64,000 nt of DNA from Oscillospiraceae bacterium (GTDB taxonomy: Bacteria > Bacillota > Clostridia > Oscillospirales > CAG-272). Of the stretch, positions 8,172 to 18,566 are shown in pieces. Each line of letters begins with the position of its first letter. Position 1 is the stretch's first letter. Both the position numbers and the translations under genes were made by a program. The DNA is taken from positions 9,846 through 73,845 of the forward strand of contig SVTJ01000010.1 of assembly GCA_015063845.1 (NCBI GenBank). The letters are read 5' to 3'. The notes beneath the pieces are model-generated. The model was not told where the DNA came from and searched no databases. It saw only the letters and a list, made by a program, of their open reading frames with translations.

Positions 8172-9875
8172 TTATATTTTATATGAATTTGCAATTCTAT
8201 TTTTATAATAATAGCACTTTTCAAAGCCGCATCTCTTAAGGACTTCTATCGCCTTATCAAAGTTTTTGCCAACATTTTGCGATACGTGCGCATCCGAGCC
8301 GAGGGTGACAAGCTCACCGCCAAGCTCTTTATATCTCTTTATTATCCATTCCTCAGGCATAAGAAAATCGTCACAAGAAGTGTTCACCTCAAGCGCGAGC
8401 GACTTTTCAACGATAAGCCTTAGCACCCTTTCTATCTTGCTCTCAAATCGGGTAACGTCAACGCCTCTGCCGAATTTGGAGTTTATGTATCTGAGCGGAC
8501 ACGTCAGATGCGACACTACGTCGCACGGCACGCTCTCTATCATTTCAACGACCTCGTCAAAATATTTATCGAGATATTCGTATATCACGTCTATGCTCAA
8601 CTTGCCGAAATCTATCTTTGAATACGGCATGCTCAGCTCCTTATATCTCACGGCGTGGACCGAGCCGAGAACAACGTCGAAGCTGTGCTTGCTCATAACA
8701 GCGCTCACGCTCTCGCCGTGCCAGATGCCCTCTCCTATCTCTATTCCGCGAAGCGCGTCTACTCGTCCCTCATACTCACTTGCCACAGTCTCGCAATCGC
8801 GCACCGAGCCGTCGACAACGCCCATTATGTCGAGTGTGTCGTGATACTGAACGTCAAAATGGTCGGTAACGGCAAAACCAGATATACCCTTTTCCGCGCA
8901 AGCCTCTGCGCTATCTCCGACGGGCGTTGTGCTGTCGTGAGAGTTCGATGAATGAACGTGCATATCGTAAAGCACCGCAGGCACGACGTTTCCGTTCTCC
9001 ACGGTATAATCGGGTATAGCTCCCGTTCTGGACACCACAAATCCGCTAAGGCAAGAGCCGAGCTTCACGGCGTCTTCGACCGACCTTCCCGAAAGATAAG
9101 ACGCTACGAACGCCGCAAAAAAGCTGTCGCCCGCACCAACCGTAGACGCCACCTTGACCTTTTGAGCGTCCTGATAAAAATGCTCTCCCGTCTTTGCCGA
9201 ATAAACGAAGCAGCCCTTTTCTCCGCAAGTGAGCAAGATATGCTTTATCTGCGGATATTTCTCACAAATAGCCTTAGTAATTGCCAAATGAGAATATTGC
9301 TCGCAGGCGAATACTCCCATCTCCCTGAGGGTAGGCTCTTCTTCGTCGCTGACCTTAAGGACTGTTGCCTTGGAGAGACAGAACTCAACGGAGTCTCTGT
9401 CATAGCAGTTGTTTCTGAGGTTGACGTCGCAGACTATCTCCTCAAAAGCGCACCTCTCGCAAAGCTTTCTAAGTGTGGCGCGAGACACAGCGTTTCTTTG
9501 TATGAGCGTGCCGAAATACAGCGCGTCGGGCGCAAGGGCGCAAATCGCCTCAACGTCCTCGTCGGTTATCGTTATGTTGTCATACGCAACGTCATCAAGA
9601 ACTCGGTAATTCGGTACACCGCGCGTGTCCAAAGTGACAAGGCATTTTCCCGTTTGCTTATCCGTCCTTTGAATAAGGTCCGTGCTTACGCCAAAGCCCT
9701 GTGCAAGCTCTACCGCCCTCTCGCCGAGCTCATCGTTTCCTACCGCCGAAAGCAGAAAGCTGTCAAGCCCGCACTTTGAAGCGTGTGCCGCAAAATTGAG
9801 CGCCGCGCCGCCTATGACCGCCTTTTGGTCATAAACGTCCCATATGACCTCTCCAAATGAAAGTATTTTTTTCAT
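8172..9875 (-). CDS. Fusion of PfkB (fructokinase-like) sugar kinase and PHP-family (HisK/HisJ-type) phosphatase
   Basis: N-terminal FGEVIWD, GGAALN, TVGAGDSF; C-terminal DMHVHS, TDH, GSVH, EVNT, GSDAH. Confidence 0.88.
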   Translation of the reverse strand: MKKILSFGEVIWDVYDQKAVIGGAALNFAAHASKCGLDSFLLSAVGNDELGERAVELAQGFGVSTDLIQRTDKQTGKCLVTLDTRGVPNYRVLDDVAYDNITITDEDVEAICALAPDALYFGTLIQRNAVSRATLRKLCERCAFEEIVCDVNLRNNCYDRDSVEFCLSKATVLKVSDEEEPTLREMGVFACEQYSHLAITKAICEKYPQIKHILLTCGEKGCFVYSAKTGEHFYQDAQKVKVASTVGAGDSFFAAFVASYLSGRSVEDAVKLGSCLSGFVVSRTGAIPDYTVENGNVVPAVLYDMHVHSSNSHDSTTPVGDSAEACAEKGISGFAVTDHFDVQYHDTLDIMGVVDGSVRDCETVASEYEGRVDALRGIEIGEGIWHGESVSAVMSKHSFDVVLGSVHAVRYKELSMPYSKIDFGKLSIDVIYEYLDKYFDEVVEMIESVPCDVVSHLTCPLRYINSKFGRGVDVTRFESKIERVLRLIVEKSLALEVNTSCDDFLMPEEWIIKRYKELGGELVTLGSDAHVSQNVGKNFDKAIEVLKRCGFEKCYYYKNRIANSYKI

Positions 9876-10015
9876 TTTTCTCTCCGATCAATAAAAATTG
9901 TGTTGTTTTTCTTTCATCTATATGTTATAATAAAATCAACAAAAAATCAATACAAGACGCAAAAAATGATAAAATGAGCATAAAATTGAGCGTTTTGCGG
10001 CAAAAGGGTGAGCAA

Positions 10016-10753
10016 ATGAACAAAGAAAGAGAAAAATTAATACTGCAAAAGCTATTAAAGACGAAAAGCGTGACGGTAAAGGAGCTTGCGCGTGAGCTTT
10101 ACGCGAGCGAGCCGTCGATAAGGCGTGACCTTAAGGGGCTTGAAGAGCAAGGTCTTGTCCGTCGCGTCCACGGCGGCGCTGTGCTTGAGGAGCGAAGCGA
10201 CTCGCTCATGAAAATACCGTTTGCGATGCGCGAGCTTGAGAACTACGACGCAAAGCTCATCATGGCAAAAAAAGCGGCGGAGCTGGTGCGTGACGGAGAT
10301 ACCGTTATGCTGGACGCCTCGTCAAGCGCCTATGCCCTCATACCCTTCCTTGCAAAAAAGTCGGGCATAACCGTCATAACCAGCGGTGTTAAGGCACTTA
10401 TGCTGCTGACCGAATACGGCATCAACACCTATTCGACGGGCGGTCACGTGATAGGGTCGTGTCTGTCGCTCGTTGAGAGCGACGCTTATAATATGCTGCT
10501 TTCCTACAACGCAGACATAGCCTTCTTTTCGTGCAGAGGCCTTTCGTCCGACGGAATGCTGACCGACTTTTCTATCGAGGAAAACATCGTGCGGCAGGCG
10601 ATGATCAAGCGTTCAAAAAAGGCGTATCTGCTTTGCGCGAGCGACAAGCTCGGTAAAGCTTATATGCATAATCTGTGTCACTTAGACAGCATTGACGGTG
10701 TGATATCCGAGGTCGATTTTCAAAAAGACCTGCTTTCGAACAAAAACACGTAA
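10016..10753 (+). CDS. DeoR/GlpR-family regulator
   Basis: SEPSIRRDL...RRVHGGA HTH plus sugar-binding domain; divergent from the kinase/ADH pair. Confidence 0.93.
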   Translation: MNKEREKLILQKLLKTKSVTVKELARELYASEPSIRRDLKGLEEQGLVRRVHGGAVLEERSDSLMKIPFAMRELENYDAKLIMAKKAAELVRDGDTVMLDASSSAYALIPFLAKKSGITVITSGVKALMLLTEYGINTYSTGGHVIGSCLSLVESDAYNMLLSYNADIAFFSCRGLSSDGMLTDFSIEENIVRQAMIKRSKKAYLLCASDKLGKAYMHNLCHLDSIDGVISEVDFQKDLLSNKNT

Positions 10754-10845
10754 GTCGGATATTTACATCAAAAGCAATTTATGGTATATCAAAGCAAAAA
10801 AAGACCGGCTCGATCGAGTCGGTCTTTTCTGTTTTAAAAATTGCC

Positions 10846-11931
10846 TCACAAGCTCTTTTCAATTATATGGCGGATCACAGTACCTATGCCGTCTGCCATT
10901 TTTACAAATCCCACATCGCCGGGGTGGAGCTGGTCAGACATAGTATCATACTGATGAGGAGCGGTCATAAAGCTCATTCCGTCTATAAAATACACGTTTC
11001 TGTCACCCTTTTCGCGTGCTTTAAGATACGATCTCATTATTACGTCGCGCCTTCTCAAAACCTCATCATAAAGCCTCAGGGCTGAATAGTAGTTGGGACG
11101 CGTTACCATTATATACGGCACGTCGGGATTCTTTTCCCTTATTATCTCGTAAAACCTATGATGTGTCTGCTCAAGATGCTCAAGCGTCGGAGCGTTATGG
11201 TCGTAGTCAAACACGAAAACGCTCATAGGAAGCTCGGATAAATATTCTGCCAAGGCGGGCTCGCCCTTGGCGTTGCCTGAAAAGCCTGCGTTCAGAAAAT
11301 CTATATTAAGATCTCGTGACATTATAGCGGGGTAAGTAAGCCCGGGGCGTGATGCCGCTGTACCGTGAACTATCGACGAGCCGTAGATAACCACGGGCTT
11401 GATGTCTCTATACGGCGCAGCCTCTTTTACGGTCGCGCTCGGAGCAAGTCCTATCTCAAGGCTTTCAACCACCGAATGCACGGGGAAATTTATAGTAAAG
11501 GAACGCATTTTCCCGCGGTCAAGATGAATTATCTGCTCATAGGATTTATCCATAGTATTCGGCATTCTGAATTCACGAACGTAGCGACCGCCAAACTCAC
11601 TGTCTATATACAAGTCAAAGCCCGCCGTAGAAACGAGCGTCAAATGAGACGCGCGACTGACGACAAGATATTTTGCGCGTATGGCAATATACGGAGAGTC
11701 AGTCGAAAAACGGACTCTTCCGCCCGTCGATTCACGGCTGAGCCTATCAACCGCTTCGCTTGTATTCTTTGCAACATCGGCAGGCAGACGGCGGAAAAAC
11801 GGCTCGTTTTCGGGATTGAAAAATCCGTGCAATGAAAACGGAGCGCGTCTTACGTCGTGCCACTCTACCTCGTATTCATCTATCGTTGTGTTCACAAGAT
11901 TGTTCTTGTCAAGAGCAATATAAGAATCCAT
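10846..11931 (-). CDS. SGNH/GDSL hydrolase with N-terminal accessory domain
   Basis: YGSSI, GFSG, YDHN and DQLHP blocks; start after AAGGAG. Confidence 0.88.
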   Translation of the reverse strand: MDSYIALDKNNLVNTTIDEYEVEWHDVRRAPFSLHGFFNPENEPFFRRLPADVAKNTSEAVDRLSRESTGGRVRFSTDSPYIAIRAKYLVVSRASHLTLVSTAGFDLYIDSEFGGRYVREFRMPNTMDKSYEQIIHLDRGKMRSFTINFPVHSVVESLEIGLAPSATVKEAAPYRDIKPVVIYGSSIVHGTAASRPGLTYPAIMSRDLNIDFLNAGFSGNAKGEPALAEYLSELPMSVFVFDYDHNAPTLEHLEQTHHRFYEIIREKNPDVPYIMVTRPNYYSALRLYDEVLRRRDVIMRSYLKAREKGDRNVYFIDGMSFMTAPHQYDTMSDQLHPGDVGFVKMADGIGTVIRHIIEKSL

Positions 11932-12113
11932 ATTTTTCTCCTTTTTGTCACCAAGTTTCATTATTAACATAGTATCACAGGATGCCTTGTTTGTCAAGTG
12001 TATGAGGTTATTTTTGAGAGAGCTATGACGAAATCTGCTGCCTAGTTTTTTTCTCTTTACAAATCTTCCAAAATATAGTATAATAATTTCAATATGTATT
12101 TATAGGAGATTTT

Positions 12114-13514
12114 ATGTTTGGACAAATAATAAGTGGAATAAGCACGGCGATGTATAGCTACGTGCTTATAATAATTCTCGTTTTCGGCGGACTTTACTTT
12201 ACATTCCGAACAAAATTCGCACAAATATCAATGCTCGGAGAGCAAGTGCGAGTAGTGGGTGAAAAGCCCGTGGGTGGCAAAGGCACATCCTCTTTTGGTG
12301 CGCTTATGGTGTCCACCGCCTCGCGCGTTGGCACGGGAAACATAATCGGCGTCTCAACTGCGATCTGTCTTGGCGGCTTTGGCTCGGTATTCTGGATGTG
12401 GGTCATCGCTCTTATCGGCGGAGCATCGGCATTCGTTGAGAGCACACTCGCTCAAATATACAAGAAAAAAGGAAAAGACGGCTGCTATGGCGGACCTGCC
12501 TACTACATAGAGACTGCTCTCAAATGTCGCCCATTGGCAATAGTATTTTCCGTTCTTTTGATACTTACCTACGGTATAGGCTTCAATATGCTGGCGTCGT
12601 ATAATCTGCAGTCCACCTTCTCTGCGTATAGCTTTTATAATCCTACGTGGACACCGTGGATAATAGGACTTATACTCGCTGTGCTCGTTGGCTACTGTCT
12701 CTTTGGCGGCGGCTCACGTGTTGTCAAGATAACCAGCTTTCTCGTACCCATAATGGGTGTTGCTTATATTCTCGTTGCGTTTATTATAATTGCGCTCAAC
12801 ATAACCGCTCTTCCCTCTGTTTTTGCCCGTATATTTACAGAAGCCTTTGACCTGCAAGCTATATTTGGCGGATTTAGCGGCTCATGCGTTATGTACGGCA
12901 TAAAGAGAGGACTTTTCAGCAACGAAGCGGGTGTCGGCTCAGCCCCCAACGCTTCAGCATCCGCTGAGGTAAGCCACCCTGTAAAGCAGGGGCTTGTTCA
13001 GGTGCTCTCGGTATTTATCGACACAATGCTCGTCTGCTCCGCAACCGCGTTTATGTGCATGTGCTCGGGCGTTGAGCCCACCGCCGCTATCTCGGGCGCG
13101 CCTTATGTTCAGGCGTCTCTTCGCGCAACACTCGGCGGATTCGGCCCGATATTCATAACCGTAGCTATGATACTCTTTGCGTTTACCACTCTGCTCGGTA
13201 ATCTTTACTATGTAAATCAAGCGTTCTCTCATATTCTCGGTCACGTTCCCGGCAAAAAATTCAACTACGTTTATTACGTTCTCGCATCCGCCGTTATTTT
13301 TGTGGGCGCAGGACTGAGCGCAGGACTTCTTTGGGATATAGCAGACCTTACGATGGGACTTATGGCACTTATCAATATGCCCGTTATAGTCTTCCTTGGA
13401 AGATACGCTTTCCGCGCTCTTAAGGACTACCGCAAGCAAAAAAAGGCAGGACTTACACCTACCTTCCACGCGAAAGATATCGGCATTACGCACGAGCTCG
13501 ATTATTGGAACTAA
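12114..13514 (+). CDS. Alanine/glycine:cation symporter (AGCS family)
   Basis: RVGTGNI, FWMW, GGPAYY, KRGLFSNEAG. Confidence 0.95.
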   Translation: MFGQIISGISTAMYSYVLIIILVFGGLYFTFRTKFAQISMLGEQVRVVGEKPVGGKGTSSFGALMVSTASRVGTGNIIGVSTAICLGGFGSVFWMWVIALIGGASAFVESTLAQIYKKKGKDGCYGGPAYYIETALKCRPLAIVFSVLLILTYGIGFNMLASYNLQSTFSAYSFYNPTWTPWIIGLILAVLVGYCLFGGGSRVVKITSFLVPIMGVAYILVAFIIIALNITALPSVFARIFTEAFDLQAIFGGFSGSCVMYGIKRGLFSNEAGVGSAPNASASAEVSHPVKQGLVQVLSVFIDTMLVCSATAFMCMCSGVEPTAAISGAPYVQASLRATLGGFGPIFITVAMILFAFTTLLGNLYYVNQAFSHILGHVPGKKFNYVYYVLASAVIFVGAGLSAGLLWDIADLTMGLMALINMPVIVFLGRYAFRALKDYRKQKKAGLTPTFHAKDIGITHELDYWN

Positions 13515-13665
13515 ATTAAAGAGACCGCATATGCGGTCTCTTTTTTATACCAAATTTTTAATAAAAAACAAATTTTTTAGCCACACTTGAAAATCTCTAC
13601 GTTTTTATGTTATAATTATACTATATTAAACTTTTAATAAAGAAACATATATAAGGAGACAAAAT

Positions 13666-15456
13666 ATGAACGTAACAAATGACATTAAGTACATTGGCGT
13701 TAACGACCACAAGGTCGACCTTTTCGAGGGACAGTATATAGTTCCCAACGGAATGTCTTACAATTCATACGCTATCATTGACGAGAAGATAGCTATTATG
13801 GACACTGTCGACGCAAACTTCACGCACGAGTGGCTCGACAATCTTCAGAACGCTCTCGGCACAAGAAAGCCCGACTATCTCATAGTCCAGCACATGGAGC
13901 CCGACCATTCCGCAAACGTCGCAAACTTTGTAAAGAACTACCCCGAGGCAAAGATAGTTGCCTCTGCTAAAGCGTTCGCTATGATGAAGAACTTCTTCGG
14001 CACTGACTACGCGGACAACAGAATAGTTGTCGGCGAGGGAGACACGCTCTCGCTCGGCGAGCATACGCTCACATTCGTTACCGCTCCTATGGTGCACTGG
14101 CCTGAGGTAATAGTCACATACGACTCAAAGGACAAGGTGCTGTTCTCCGCTGACGGCTTTGGAAAGTTCGGCGCGCTTGACGTTGAGGAAGACTGGGCTT
14201 GCGAGGCAAGACGCTACTACATCGGCATCGTTGGAAAGTACGGCGCTCAGGTCCAGGCGCTTCTTAAGAAGGCGGCAACTCTTGACATCGAGAAGATCTG
14301 CCCGCTTCACGGTCCTGTTCTCACCGAAAACCTCGGCTACTACATTGGTCTTTACAACACTTGGTCGAGCTACCAACCCGAGGAAGAGGGCATCGTTATA
14401 GCCTACACCTCTGTTTACGGCAACACAAAGAAGGCTGTGCTTCAGCTTGCTGAAAAACTCAAAGCAAACGGTGCGCCCAAGGTAGTTATCAACGACCTTG
14501 CGAGATGCGATATGGCTGAGGCTGTTGAGGACGCGTTCCGTTACAGCAAGCTCGTGCTCGCAACCACCACCTATAATGCAGATATATTCCCCTTTATGCG
14601 CACCTTTATCGACCACCTCACGGAGCGCAATTTCAGCAACCGCACGGTAGCATTTATCGAGAACGGAAGCTGGGCGCCTCTTGCGGCAAAGGTTATGAAA
14701 GAAATGCTTGAGAACTCCAAAAACCTCACGTATACCGACACCACGGTGAGAATTTTGTCCGCTCTTAACGAGGACAGCACAGCTCAGATAAACACTCTCG
14801 CAGAGGAGCTCTGCCGCGACTATCTCGCTCAGCACGACGAGACCGCAAACAAGAACGACCTCACAGCGCTCTTTAATATCGGATACGGTCTGTACGTCGT
14901 TACGTCCAACGACGGCAAAAAGGACAACGGACTTATCGTCAACACCGTAACTCAGGTGACTAACACTCCTAACCGTATCGCCGTTACCATAAACAAAGAA
15001 AACTACTCTCACCACATCATAAAGCAGACAGGCAAGATGAACATCAACTGCCTGACCATTGACGCTCCCTTCAAGGTATTTGAAGCGTTCGGATTTGTCA
15101 GCGGAAGAAACGTTGATAAGTTCAAGGATTGCGAGCCGCTGCGCTCTGACAACGGTCTTGTGTTCCTGCCAAGATACATCAACTCCTTTATGTCGCTTAA
15201 GGTCGAGCAGTATATAGACCTCGATACGCACGGAATGTTTATCTGCTCCGTTACCGAGGCAAGAGTGCTCTCGGATAGAGAGACGATGACCTACGCTTAC
15301 TATCACGCAAACGTTAAGCCCAAGCCCCAGACCGAGGGTAAGAAGGGCTACGTCTGCCAGATATGCGGCTGGGTATACGAGGGGGAAGAGCTTCCCGAGG
15401 ATATCGTTTGCCCCCTCTGCAAGCACGGAGCGGCAGACTTTGAGCCGATAAAGTAA
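13666..15456 (+). CDS. fprA: Flavodiiron protein fused to flavin reductase and rubredoxin domains
   Basis: HMEPDH, HWPE, SADGFG, PLHG; flavodoxin YTSVYGNT; GYGLYVV flavin reductase; C-terminal CQICG...CPLC. Confidence 0.92.
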   Translation: MNVTNDIKYIGVNDHKVDLFEGQYIVPNGMSYNSYAIIDEKIAIMDTVDANFTHEWLDNLQNALGTRKPDYLIVQHMEPDHSANVANFVKNYPEAKIVASAKAFAMMKNFFGTDYADNRIVVGEGDTLSLGEHTLTFVTAPMVHWPEVIVTYDSKDKVLFSADGFGKFGALDVEEDWACEARRYYIGIVGKYGAQVQALLKKAATLDIEKICPLHGPVLTENLGYYIGLYNTWSSYQPEEEGIVIAYTSVYGNTKKAVLQLAEKLKANGAPKVVINDLARCDMAEAVEDAFRYSKLVLATTTYNADIFPFMRTFIDHLTERNFSNRTVAFIENGSWAPLAAKVMKEMLENSKNLTYTDTTVRILSALNEDSTAQINTLAEELCRDYLAQHDETANKNDLTALFNIGYGLYVVTSNDGKKDNGLIVNTVTQVTNTPNRIAVTINKENYSHHIIKQTGKMNINCLTIDAPFKVFEAFGFVSGRNVDKFKDCEPLRSDNGLVFLPRYINSFMSLKVEQYIDLDTHGMFICSVTEARVLSDRETMTYAYYHANVKPKPQTEGKKGYVCQICGWVYEGEELPEDIVCPLCKHGAADFEPIK

Positions 15457-15464
15457 TTAACGCG

Positions 15465-15519
15465 CTTAGGGGTACTTTTCTTGAAAGAAAAGTACCCCTA
15501 AGAACCCCAAAAAGAACTT
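15465..15519. repeat. Intergenic palindromic repeat, copy 1
   Basis: AGGGGTACTTTTC-TTGAAA-GAAAAGTACCCCT plus CCCCAAAAAGAACTT tail; similar to 25224 and 62843. Confidence 0.65.
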
Positions 15520-15633
15520 CCCCAAAAAGAAAGCGATCAGCGGATCTCATTGCCGCTGACTTTTTTCTTTTTTATTGAAAAATTGATCATGGTGTGATAT
15601 AATAGTATCATTAAAACACTTAAGAGGTACATT

Positions 15634-17070
15634 ATGAAAAGAGCAAGCGGTGTGCTGATGCACGTTTCCTCTCTTTGGGGAGAATATTCGATAGGTTCGT
15701 TTGGCGACGAGGCAAAAAAATTCGTTGATTTTCTCGCCGACGGTGGCTTTACCTATTGGCAGGTGCTTCCCTTTTGTATGGCGGACGACCGCAATTCCCC
15801 TTATAAATCTTATGCCGCATTCAGCGGAAATCCATTTTTTATCGACTTACCCACACTACATAATAAAGGCTTGTTAACTAAGACCGAGCTTGAAAATGCA
15901 AAGCAAGCGTCGCCTTATCTTTGCGAGTTTCAAAGACTTGCCGACGAGAGACTGCCTCTTCTGCGCATCGCCGCGAGCCGTGTGGATACAGACACGCTAA
16001 AAGCTGTCAACTCCTTTATGAAAAAGCACCCCGAGCTTGAAAATGCCGCACGCTTTCTATCTCTTAAGACCGCAAACAACGATGCTCCCTGGTGGGAATG
16101 GGCAACGCATACGCCCGACAGCGACGAGCTGTTTTTCTGGCAGTTCCTGCAATACGAGTTCTTCACCGAATGGGCAGAGCTCAAGGAATACGCCAACAAA
16201 AAGGGCATAAAGATAATCGGAGATATCCCGATATATGTCGCTCACGACAGCGCGGACGTATGGGCGAACAGAGAGCAATTTCTCCTTAACGAGGACGGTC
16301 ACCCAACCTGTGTTGCCGGCGTTCCGCCCGACTATTTCGCAAAGGACGGTCAGCTTTGGGGCAATCCCCTTTACAATTGGAAACAAATGAAGTCCGACGG
16401 CTACGCTTGGTGGTGTCGCCGTATTGAATATATGCTCACGCTTTTTGACGGTGTTCGCATCGACCACTTCCGCGGACTTGCGTCCTTCTGGAGCGTCCCA
16501 GCAAGCGCGAAGACCGCAAAGGAAGGAAAATGGGTCAAGGGACCTGGCAGAGCGTTTATCGACAAGATACGTTCTGTTGCGGGCGACAAGCTGATAATTG
16601 CCGAGGATCTCGGAGACATAACGCCCGACGTCATTAGCCTGCTCAAATACAGTAAATTCCCAGGAATGAGAGTTTTTCAGTTTGCATTCCTCGGTGACAG
16701 ACAATCACCTCATCTTCCGCACAATTATCCGAAGAACTGCATAGCCTACACGGGCACGCACGACAACAACACGCTTCTCGGCCACGTATGGGAAGTGACA
16801 CCCGACAACCGCAAGGAAATGTTCGAATACTGCAACTGCGATCACGACGACTGGAGCCGAAGCTGTGAGATGATAATAAAGACCATGCTCGCGAGCCACG
16901 CAGATACGGTCATATTCCCCATTCAGGATATTCTCGTCTTTGGCGCGGACACAAGAATGAACACCCCCGGCACATCCGAGAAAAACTGGGCATACCGCAT
17001 AACCGAGGAACAGCTTAATTCCATTGATAAGCAAAAATACAGCTATCTTAATATGCTTTACGGCAGATAA
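15634..17070 (+). CDS. malQ: 4-alpha-glucanotransferase (GH77)
   Basis: WQVLP, SPY, GVPPDYF, RIDHFRG, AEDLG, YTGTHDN. Confidence 0.96.
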   Translation: MKRASGVLMHVSSLWGEYSIGSFGDEAKKFVDFLADGGFTYWQVLPFCMADDRNSPYKSYAAFSGNPFFIDLPTLHNKGLLTKTELENAKQASPYLCEFQRLADERLPLLRIAASRVDTDTLKAVNSFMKKHPELENAARFLSLKTANNDAPWWEWATHTPDSDELFFWQFLQYEFFTEWAELKEYANKKGIKIIGDIPIYVAHDSADVWANREQFLLNEDGHPTCVAGVPPDYFAKDGQLWGNPLYNWKQMKSDGYAWWCRRIEYMLTLFDGVRIDHFRGLASFWSVPASAKTAKEGKWVKGPGRAFIDKIRSVAGDKLIIAEDLGDITPDVISLLKYSKFPGMRVFQFAFLGDRQSPHLPHNYPKNCIAYTGTHDNNTLLGHVWEVTPDNRKEMFEYCNCDHDDWSRSCEMIIKTMLASHADTVIFPIQDILVFGADTRMNTPGTSEKNWAYRITEEQLNSIDKQKYSYLNMLYGR

Positions 17071-17108
17071 AAAGCAAAGCGTATCTCAAAAGAGATACGC
17101 TTTGCTTT
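17071..17108. terminator. Bidirectional terminator
   Basis: AAAGCAAAGCGTATCTC/GAGATACGCTTTGCTTT between convergent genes. Confidence 0.85.
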
Positions 17109-17840
17109 TTATTGCTTTTTGATCTGGCGCAGAAACAGCAGCACAGCCGCGACAAGTATTACTACTGCATAGCCGAGCACCCAGCAAAGGTGCGGCAAAG
17201 CGGCAGATACGTCTCCCGCCATCACAGCTCTTTGCATATCGACCGCGTGAACGAAAGGCAGCATATATGCGATCTTTTTGAAAGCGCCACCCACAAGGTC
17301 AAGGTCAAACCAAATGCCCGACAGCCACGCCGAGAGATTTGTCAGAAGCGCGCCGCATATTCCACCGACCTGCTTATCGTTGAAGACACTTCCGCACAGC
17401 AGTCCGAGCCCGATGTACAAAAGCGCGATAGGCACGATAAACACAAGCGAGAGAAGTATATTTACGCTTATCTTGAGCCCTAATATCATCGCCACTATAT
17501 AGCACACAACACCCTCTGCTATTGCTATCGGTATCAAGGGAAGCGCATAGCCGAGTATAAAATCAGCAGATGTCATCGGCGTGGTATAAAGGCGATGTAT
17601 AAAGCTGCTTTTTCTGTCCTTTGCTATGATAGTCGCTGAAAACAAGGTCATAAAGGCAAGTCCAAACACCGCGATGCCGGGGGATAGGTGCTGTATTTCA
17701 AACATACTTACAGGAATATTCGCCTGAATTGCGCTGAGCAGCAGTAAAAGCACGACGGGAAATCCAAAAAGGAAGCAAAGATTTAACGGATCGCGCATGA
17801 TCTCCTTAAAATTTCGTTTTGCAAAGGTGAGCATTCTCAT
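17109..17840 (-). CDS. ABC-2 exporter permease
   Basis: Six TM segments, LPFVHAVD motif, follows the ATPase gene. Confidence 0.9.
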   Translation of the reverse strand: MRMLTFAKRNFKEIMRDPLNLCFLFGFPVVLLLLLSAIQANIPVSMFEIQHLSPGIAVFGLAFMTLFSATIIAKDRKSSFIHRLYTTPMTSADFILGYALPLIPIAIAEGVVCYIVAMILGLKISVNILLSLVFIVPIALLYIGLGLLCGSVFNDKQVGGICGALLTNLSAWLSGIWFDLDLVGGAFKKIAYMLPFVHAVDMQRAVMAGDVSAALPHLCWVLGYAVVILVAAVLLFLRQIKKQ

Positions 17841-18565
17841 TCTTGTGTCCCCCTTACAACTTTAATAAACGCCTTTTCTATGCTGTCCTCTCCCGTCTGC
17901 TCTTTTATGCCGCTTGGAGTGTCGCACATAAGAAGCTTTCCGTCCTTCATTATTGCCAAGCGGTCGGAAAGCGCCTCCGCCTCCTCCATATAATGAGTGG
18001 TCAGTATGATAGTCACCTTTCCCTTCAAGGCGCGTATCATATCCCATAGCTCGCTCCTCGCGATAACGTCAAGTCCGAGTGTCGGCTCATCAAGAAAAAG
18101 TATTTTCGGCTCGCTTATAAGTGCCATAGCGATACTAAGTCTTCTCTGCCAGCCACCCGACAGCTTGCCCGCTTTTCTCTTTATAACGCTGTCAAGACCG
18201 AGAAGAGAGGTAAGCTCGTCTATCTTTTTCTCTCGCTCCTTCTTGTCAAAGCCGTGAATACCGCAGATAAGCTCAAGATTTTCCTTGACCGAAAGTCCTG
18301 CCGCTATGGCGGTCTCCTGCGGGGACACGGCTATGAGCGATTTGACATCGGGAATGTCCGTTAGTATGCTTTTTCCAAGCAGATAAGCGTCTCCTTGTGT
18401 TGGCGCTGTTAGGCAGGAAAGCATTTTTATAGTCGTTGTCTTGCCCGCTCCGTTCACTCCGAGCAGCGAAAACAGCTCGCCTTCATCTATGCTGAGAGAC
18501 AGCTTGTCGACTGCGACAACGTCTTTATATTTTTTTGTCAGCTCTTTTATTATAATTGCGCTCAT
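17837..18565 (-). CDS. ABC exporter ATP-binding protein
   Basis: GVNGAGKTT, LSGG, LDEPT, TTH. Confidence 0.95.
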   Translation of the reverse strand: MSAIIIKELTKKYKDVVAVDKLSLSIDEGELFSLLGVNGAGKTTTIKMLSCLTAPTQGDAYLLGKSILTDIPDVKSLIAVSPQETAIAAGLSVKENLELICGIHGFDKKEREKKIDELTSLLGLDSVIKRKAGKLSGGWQRRLSIAMALISEPKILFLDEPTLGLDVIARSELWDMIRALKGKVTIILTTHYMEEAEALSDRLAIMKDGKLLMCDTPSGIKEQTGEDSIEKAFIKVVRGTQE

Positions 18566-18566
18566 T

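Noticed and set aside
14125-15426. 433-aa minus-strand ORF, and similar long antisense ORFs such as 34152-35525 and 25257-26519
   Set aside because: They lie opposite well-supported genes and show no domain signal
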